Part shown: piece by piece, positions 58,855 to 64,000 of the stretch
Layout: each line of letters opens with the position of its first letter
Numbering within the stretch: the stretch's first letter is position 1
Assembly: GCA_964615375.1 (NCBI GenBank)
Contig: CAZTOW010000012.1
Span: 1 to 64,000, forward strand
DNA: 64,000 nt
DNA from: an uncultured Enterobacterales bacterium
Lineage (GTDB): Bacteria > Myxococcota_A > UBA796 > CAZKWG01
Direction of reading: 5' to 3'
The notes under the pieces: generated by a model
The model's database searches: none
Told to the model about the DNA's origin: nothing
What the model saw: the letters and a program-made list of their open reading frames with translations, nothing else
Made by a program: the position numbers and the translations under genes

Positions 58855-60336
58855 ATGGACACCCGAGGGCCGGCGCACGTCGCGGACGCCTGGGCGAGCG
58901 CGCTCGTCCGCGCGGAGCAGCCCTACCTGATCGACGCAGCAGACGGCAGCGTATTCACCGTGGGCGAGCTGGATCTGCTCAGCCGCCGCGCCGTGAGCGC
59001 CCTGAGCGCCCTCGGCTTCGGGCCGGGAGACCGGGCCATCCTGGTCGCGCGGCCGGAGGTGGAGACGCTGCTCACCGTGCTGGGCGCGCTGCGCCTCGGG
59101 GTCACGCTGGCCCTGCTCCCGCCTCAGGCGCCCCCGACGCACGCGGAGGAGCTCGCCCGCCTCTGGGAGGGCGCGCGCACGCTGGAGCTGGACGCCGCGC
59201 TGGGGGAGGCGCTCGCCCGGCTCGAGCCCGCTCCGCCCCCCGCCCCCGTGGACCCCGACCAGGACGCCGTCGTCCTCTTCTCCTCGGGCAGCACGGGCCC
59301 CGCCCGCGGCGTGCGCCTCTCCTGGCGCGCCCTGGCCGGCGGGCTGGGGCGGCTGGCGCAGATCGAGGCCGAGAGCGAGGCCGCGCGGGTCGCCACCGGG
59401 CTCCTGCGCGCCGGCGCCCGCGAGGGCTGCGCCGCCCTGCCCCACACGGTCACCGGGTACCGCCTGCTGCTGGCGCCCCTCTATCGCGGGACGACCACCG
59501 TTTTGCTGCCGCCCGGGGCCGGCGCGGCGGAGCTCCTCGACCTCGCCGCGACCCACGCCCTGGATCTCCTACACGCCGGGCCCGGCTTCGCCCGCGCCTG
59601 CCTGCGCGCGCCCGAGCGCCACGCCGCCCTGGTGGGCCCCTCGCTGCGGGCGGTCGCCCTGGGCGGAGGCGCCATCGAGGCCGGGGATCGGCAGCGGCTC
59701 GCCGACGCGCTGGGCGTGGCCGTGATCCACACCTACGGACTCACCGAGTCCGCCGGGCTGGTGGCCGCCGCCATCGCCACCCCCGGCGGCCTCGCCCCCG
59801 TAGGGATGGGGAGGCCGATGGTGCCCGTGCGCGTGCTCGACGAGGCGGGCCGCGAGACGACGGGGGAGGGGAGGATCGAGGTGGCGCCCCCCACGGCGGC
59901 CTCGGGCTACCTGGGCGGCGGCGCGCTGTTCTCCGACGCGGCGCGGCGCTGGGTGCGCACGGGGGATCTGGGCTGGCTGGACGCGGCGGGGCGCCTGCAC
60001 GTCCGCGGACGGGCCGCGCGCCTGCTCACGCTGCCGTCTGGCGAGAAGGTGCAGCTCGAGGACGTCGAGCAGGTCATCCGCGCCGCGCTGGGCCTGGAGG
60101 TCGTCGTCGTCGCCGTGGACGGCCTGGAGCGGGAGCCCGTGCTGGGGGCCCTGGTGGTGGGGCCGCCGCTGAGCCCGGCCTGGGAGCGCCGCGCGCGCCT
60201 GACCCTCACCGAGCGGCTCTGCGCCCGGGAGCTGCCGCGCCTCTGGAGGGCCTGCGAGGCGCTGCCGCTCACGCCCACGGGGAAGGTGGACCTGCGCGCC
60301 GCCTCAGCCCTGCTGGCCGAGCCCGCCCTGCCCTGA
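58855..60336 (+). CDS. AMP-dependent synthetase/ligase (acyl-CoA synthetase-like)
   Basis: AMP-binding motifs FSSGSTGPARGV, YGLTES, TGDLG ... R, and C-terminal GKVD lysine. Confidence 0.8.
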   Translation: MDTRGPAHVADAWASALVRAEQPYLIDAADGSVFTVGELDLLSRRAVSALSALGFGPGDRAILVARPEVETLLTVLGALRLGVTLALLPPQAPPTHAEELARLWEGARTLELDAALGEALARLEPAPPPAPVDPDQDAVVLFSSGSTGPARGVRLSWRALAGGLGRLAQIEAESEAARVATGLLRAGAREGCAALPHTVTGYRLLLAPLYRGTTTVLLPPGAGAAELLDLAATHALDLLHAGPGFARACLRAPERHAALVGPSLRAVALGGGAIEAGDRQRLADALGVAVIHTYGLTESAGLVAAAIATPGGLAPVGMGRPMVPVRVLDEAGRETTGEGRIEVAPPTAASGYLGGGALFSDAARRWVRTGDLGWLDAAGRLHVRGRAARLLTLPSGEKVQLEDVEQVIRAALGLEVVVVAVDGLEREPVLGALVVGPPLSPAWERRARLTLTERLCARELPRLWRACEALPLTPTGKVDLRAASALLAEPALP

Positions 60337-61068
60337 GCGCTCTGGCGGTCGAGGAGGCCGATCCCAGGTGTGGACCCACTGATCCGAGGGCGCGAAGCCG
60401 GCGCGAGCCAGCGCGGGGCCTCCGCCCGAGGGCGCCCCCAGGGCCAGCACGAGCTCCAGCCCGGCCCGCCGCGCCAGGACCAGCCGCGCCTCCAGCAGCG
60501 CCCGATGAACGCCCTGTCTGCGCCAGCGGGGCGCCGTGACCGCCCCCCAGAGGAGCCCGATCCCGTGCCCGCCGATCACCTGGAGGGCGCCGACCCCCCG
60601 CACCTCGCCCTCGCGCTCCTCCAGGACGAGGTGGTGCGCGCTCCCCACCAGGAGCCCCCAGGGGAGGCCCGGATCCAGCGCCTCGGGCAGCCCGCGCAGG
60701 CGCAGCGCGGCCGCGCACCAGCCCCGCACCTCGCCGGCCGTCCGGGCCAGCCGCACCTCCGCCCTCGCCTCGGGCGCGGGTCTCCCCCGCAGATCCAGGC
60801 TCCAGAGCTCCACCGGGTCGCGCGGGTGATAGCCCCGCGCCTCGAGCAGCGGCCCCAGCCCGTCCAGGGCTCGCGTGACGCTCACGCGCGACCAGACGCC
60901 CGCGTGCTCCCGCGACACGAGGTCCAGGAAGCCCGGGTCCGCCACCTCCGGGCGGGCCGCGTTGAGCTGCGCGAGCGGGATCGGGTGGCTCGCGCACCAG
61001 CCCTCGGGCGTCCGGAGCGCCCGCGTCCCCGGGGCCAGCTCTTTCGGGTCGGTGACCGCGGCCAGCAT
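60304..61068 (-). CDS. GNAT family N-acetyltransferase
   Basis: Acetyl-CoA binding motif RWRRQGVHRALLEA (R/Q-x-x-G-x-G/A) in a GNAT fold-sized protein. 8 nt downstream of the MBOAT stop. Confidence 0.65.
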   Translation of the reverse strand: MLAAVTDPKELAPGTRALRTPEGWCASHPIPLAQLNAARPEVADPGFLDLVSREHAGVWSRVSVTRALDGLGPLLEARGYHPRDPVELWSLDLRGRPAPEARAEVRLARTAGEVRGWCAAALRLRGLPEALDPGLPWGLLVGSAHHLVLEEREGEVRGVGALQVIGGHGIGLLWGAVTAPRWRRQGVHRALLEARLVLARRAGLELVLALGAPSGGGPALARAGFAPSDQWVHTWDRPPRPPERSGQGGLGQQG

Positions 61069-61076
61069 CCGGGCGA

Positions 61077-62138
61077 TCAACGCTGTACCCAGGCGAGCCA
61101 GCGCGGCCAGGCCCGCAGGATCCAGAAGCCCGCCATCACCCAGCTCATCGTGAGAAGCCAGCCCAGCGGGCGCCAGCGCGGCGGGAGCTCCCGCGGGAGC
61201 AGCCGGGACCACAGCGCGAGGCCGAGCGCGTGCCAGATCCCCCAGAGCAGGTAGCCCAGGCTCAGCTCGTGCCAGAGCGCAAAGGTCGACATCGCCGCCA
61301 CCGTCGCCAGCGTCGCGCGCCGGGTGCGGGCCAGGATCGGCAGGTACACATAGGTCCGGCACCACTCCGAGACCGTGATGTGCCAGGAGCGCCAGAAGCC
61401 CGGCAGGCTGGTCTGGAGGAAGGGCGCGTCGAAGTTCTCGGGGACGCGCTGCCCGCCCAGCCGCCCGAGCCCGATGGCCACGCCGCTGAGCCCGGAGAAG
61501 GTGAGGTAGAGGCTCAGCGCGCCCAGCGTCGTCCAGAACAGCTGCTCGGGGAAGTAGCCGGCCCAGGCCGGAAGGACGGTCCCCACCAGCCAGAAGGAGA
61601 GCACGACCACCCGCACGTAGCCGTAGAGGATGCGCCGCAGCCCGAGGGCGGCGTCCTCTTCGTCCCAACGCCGGCGCCGCTCCCAGCGCAGCCAGTCGTC
61701 GAAGCGCTGCACCGGCCCCACCAGCACCGTGGGGAAGTAGAGCAGCCAGCCGATCACGTCCTGGGGGCCGTGCTCGGGCAGGTTCTCGCGCGCGGACTCG
61801 ATCCAGTAGTGGGCGAGGCGCATGATGAAGAAGCCGAAGCCGGCCGGGGCCAGCAGGGCGCCTGCGCTCAGCTCCCGCACCAGCACGCGCTCCCCCAGGA
61901 AGAGGGCCGCCAGCCCCAGCAGCCCGAGCCAGAACAGGCGCCGCCCCGGGCGCCGCCCCAGCAGCCAGGCGCCGAGCCCCAGCAGCACCGCGACCAGGGC
62001 GGCCTCGCCGTCCCACCAGCTCACGAAGCCCAGCGAGAGCAGGTCGCGGGCGACGGGCCAGCGGCGCCCCTCCAGCAGCCGCGCCGCCAGGACGAAGCCG
62101 AGCGCGAACAGCAGGAAGGTGGAGGTGACGTAGGGCAT
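61077..62138 (-). CDS. MBOAT family membrane-bound O-acyltransferase (DltB/AlgI-like)
   Basis: Multi-TM protein; conserved His context WRSWHITVSEW and C-terminal FALWHE typical of MBOAT. ATGA-coupled to the upstream gene. Confidence 0.8.
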   Translation of the reverse strand: MPYVTSTFLLFALGFVLAARLLEGRRWPVARDLLSLGFVSWWDGEAALVAVLLGLGAWLLGRRPGRRLFWLGLLGLAALFLGERVLVRELSAGALLAPAGFGFFIMRLAHYWIESARENLPEHGPQDVIGWLLYFPTVLVGPVQRFDDWLRWERRRRWDEEDAALGLRRILYGYVRVVVLSFWLVGTVLPAWAGYFPEQLFWTTLGALSLYLTFSGLSGVAIGLGRLGGQRVPENFDAPFLQTSLPGFWRSWHITVSEWCRTYVYLPILARTRRATLATVAAMSTFALWHELSLGYLLWGIWHALGLALWSRLLPRELPPRWRPLGWLLTMSWVMAGFWILRAWPRWLAWVQR

Positions 62139-62860
62139 CAGGGCTCCGCCAGCTCCTGACCGAGCCAGCGGCGGAAGGTAAACGCCCCCTCGGCGCTGAA
62201 GTGGAGCCCGTCCAGGTAGAGCGGGTCCGGCCAGCTCTCGTCCTCGGCGAGCACCTCGAGGTCGAGCGCGCGCAGGCGATCGTGCAGTGCGCGGCGCTCG
62301 GCCCACCAGCTCGCCCCCAGGCGCCCGGCCATGGTCCTGCCCATCGGCACCTCCAGCACGACCCGACGCGCCCACCACAGGCGTGAGAGCAGCTGGAGCC
62401 CGGCCTCCAGATCGGGGCCGGAGCGCTCGAAGGCCAGCAGGCGCCCCACGGGGTTGTTCTCCCGGCGCTTGGGCCCCAGCGGGAAGAGCAGGTCGATCTG
62501 CACCACCACCACGCTCGGGTGGTAGGCGACCAGCCGCCACAGGCCCTGCTCCAGCGTCGTGGCCACCAGCTCGGGGCCGAAGACCAGGTGGGTCGGGCCG
62601 TCGATGCCCGCCGCGCTGCCCACCTGGTCCGTCAGCCGGCGCTCCTGCATGGCGAAGCCGACGCGGGAATTGCCGAGGATGAGCAGGGCGTCGCCACCGC
62701 TGCGCGCCGGGGTGGTGTCGAGGGTGCTCAGCGTGGCGTCTGTGGTGGACGACGCCACGTCCCAGCTCCAGCCGATCTCACGCCCCACCTCCAGGACCAG
62801 GAGCGCGACCAGGGCCGCGACGATCCGCCAGGGCAGGAGCGGGCTCCAGGCCTCAGCCAT
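62138..62860 (-). CDS. membrane-anchored hypothetical protein in DltD/AlgJ-equivalent position
   Basis: N-terminal TM helix WRIVAALVALLVL; lies between the ligase-ACP gene and the MBOAT gene; start overlaps the ligase-ACP stop by 8 nt. Confidence 0.55.
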   Translation of the reverse strand: MAEAWSPLLPWRIVAALVALLVLEVGREIGWSWDVASSTTDATLSTLDTTPARSGGDALLILGNSRVGFAMQERRLTDQVGSAAGIDGPTHLVFGPELVATTLEQGLWRLVAYHPSVVVVQIDLLFPLGPKRRENNPVGRLLAFERSGPDLEAGLQLLSRLWWARRVVLEVPMGRTMAGRLGASWWAERRALHDRLRALDLEVLAEDESWPDPLYLDGLHFSAEGAFTFRRWLGQELAEP

Positions 62861-64000
62861 GGGCGCGCTCCAGCAGGGCCACCGCGTCGGCCAGCGAGCG
62901 CAGGCGCAGGAGGTCGCGGCCCAGGATGCGGACCTCGAAGCTGCGCTCCAGCGCGTCCACCAGATCCAGGTGCCCGAGCGAGTCCCAGCCGGGGAGCTCG
63001 CCGATGCGCGCGGAGAGGGTGAGCGTGGCCCGGTTCGCCCCGAAGACGCGGGCCGCCAGGTCCAGCACGCGCTCCTCCAGCGGATCCTCGGGGCGGGCCT
63101 GGGGCTTGCCGGTCTCGCCGCGGCGCAGGTGATCGACCAGGCGCCAGCGGCGGGGGATCTTGTGCTCGGAGAGGCGCTCGCGCAGGAAGCTCGCCAGCTC
63201 GGCCTCGCTCACGCCCTCGGCCACCACCTCGGCCGCCACGCGCTCGCCCCAGACCGGGTCGGGCTCGCCGCGGACCTGGGCGTCGCGGACGGCGGGGTGC
63301 TCCAGCAGCGCGCGCTCGACCTCGCCGGGCTCGACCTTCAAGCCGCCCACGGAGAGCATGGACTTCAGGCGCCCGTGTACGCGGACCAGGCCGTCGGGCT
63401 CGATCGTGGCGAGGTCGCCGGTGGGGTAGTAACCCTGGCGGAGGGCGCGCCCGGGGTCGGGGGGCGCGCGGGTGACGCTGGGGCCGCGGATCTCCAGCTC
63501 GCCCGGCTCGCCCACGGGCAGCGGGCTCCCCTCCGGGCTCACGACGCGGATCTCGCAGTCGCGCGGGCGGCCCACGGTCCCGATCCGGCGGGTGGCGGGA
63601 TCGGGGCCGGCGAAGAGGAGGTTGCCGGTCTCGGTGAGCCCGTAGACGTTCACCACGGGGCGCCCGGTGGTCGCCTCGACCTGGCGCCAGAGCGCGTCGG
63701 GCAGGGGCGCGGCGGTGGAGATGAAGAAACGGAAGCGTCGCGCGTCGAAGAGCTCACGGAGGTCCTCGCCCGCGCGCAGCAGCATGGAGAGCAGCGCGGG
63801 GGTGAGCACGAGGTGGGTGACGCGCTCGCGCCACACGCTGTCCAGGACCTCGCTCAGGTGCTGGAGGACCGGGCCGCGCGTGCGGACCAGCGCGCAGCCG
63901 ACGTGCTCCGCCACCAGCAGGCCCATCACGAGCCCGTCGATGTGGTGCAGGGGCAGCAGGTTCAGGAGGCGGCTCTGCGCGTCGAGCTCGAGGGCCTGGG
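62853..64000 (-). CDS. DltA-like AMP-ligase fused to a C-terminal acyl/peptidyl carrier protein domain (5' end beyond window)
   Basis: AMP-binding C-terminal half (YGLTETG, TGDLA, GKPQ) followed by a carrier domain (ARIGELPGWDSLGHLDLV). The reading frame stays open to the window end (LPLHHIDGLVMG). Confidence 0.75.
   Translation of the reverse strand, partial: QALELDAQSRLLNLLPLHHIDGLVMGLLVAEHVGCALVRTRGPVLQHLSEVLDSVWRERVTHLVLTPALLSMLLRAGEDLRELFDARRFRFFISTAAPLPDALWRQVEATTGRPVVNVYGLTETGNLLFAGPDPATRRIGTVGRPRDCEIRVVSPEGSPLPVGEPGELEIRGPSVTRAPPDPGRALRQGYYPTGDLATIEPDGLVRVHGRLKSMLSVGGLKVEPGEVERALLEHPAVRDAQVRGEPDPVWGERVAAEVVAEGVSEAELASFLRERLSEHKIPRRWRLVDHLRRGETGKPQARPEDPLEERVLDLAARVFGANRATLTLSARIGELPGWDSLGHLDLVDALERSFEVRILGRDLLRLRSLADAVALLERAHG

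Overview
This is a 64-kb, roughly 70% GC chromosomal segment that looks myxobacterial. Evidence for that: very many lipoproteins with LLLAC / LLLAAC-type lipoboxes, an S8 protease ending in a MYXO-CTERM sorting tail, and PEGA, FG-GAP, CotH and MopE/TSP3-like Cys/Asp repeat proteins. Gene density is high on both strands; most long ORFs on the strand opposite a real gene are Arg/Pro/Gly-rich GC-frame artefacts and were discarded. About 55 CDS are supported. Housekeeping and cell-envelope genes include murJ, rocD, selB, ttcA, phhA, a deoxynucleoside kinase, a nucleotide-sugar dehydrogenase, three paralogous NAD-dependent epimerases, a GT4 glycosyltransferase and a heparinase II/III-like protein. 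Systems worth a second look: (1) an AmmeMemoRadiSam operon (Memo+AMMECR1 fusion, radical SAM enzyme, small charged ORF); (2) a 1203-aa hyper-acidic lipoprotein of about 30 Cys-bracketed DxDxDG repeats coupled to a PEGA protein, selB and an orphan ABC ATPase; (3) a LytS/LytTR two-component operon with a Tat-exported protein; (4) a Dlt-like acylation cluster (AMP-ligase-ACP fusion, membrane protein, MBOAT, GNAT) running off the right edge; (5) an HNH endonuclease behind an AT-rich spacer; (6) an Rpn-family nuclease with five perfect 21-bp tandem repeats; (7) two inverted copies of a ~225-bp MITE-like element with 11-bp terminal inverted repeats bracketing the first 32 kb; (8) a recurring hairpin motif CGGACA-N5-TGTCCG upstream of two unrelated genes; (9) a palindromic operator beside a TetR gene; (10) short AT-rich rare-codon patches, two with TTA codons, inside GC-rich genes. 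No rRNA, tRNA or CRISPR array was found.
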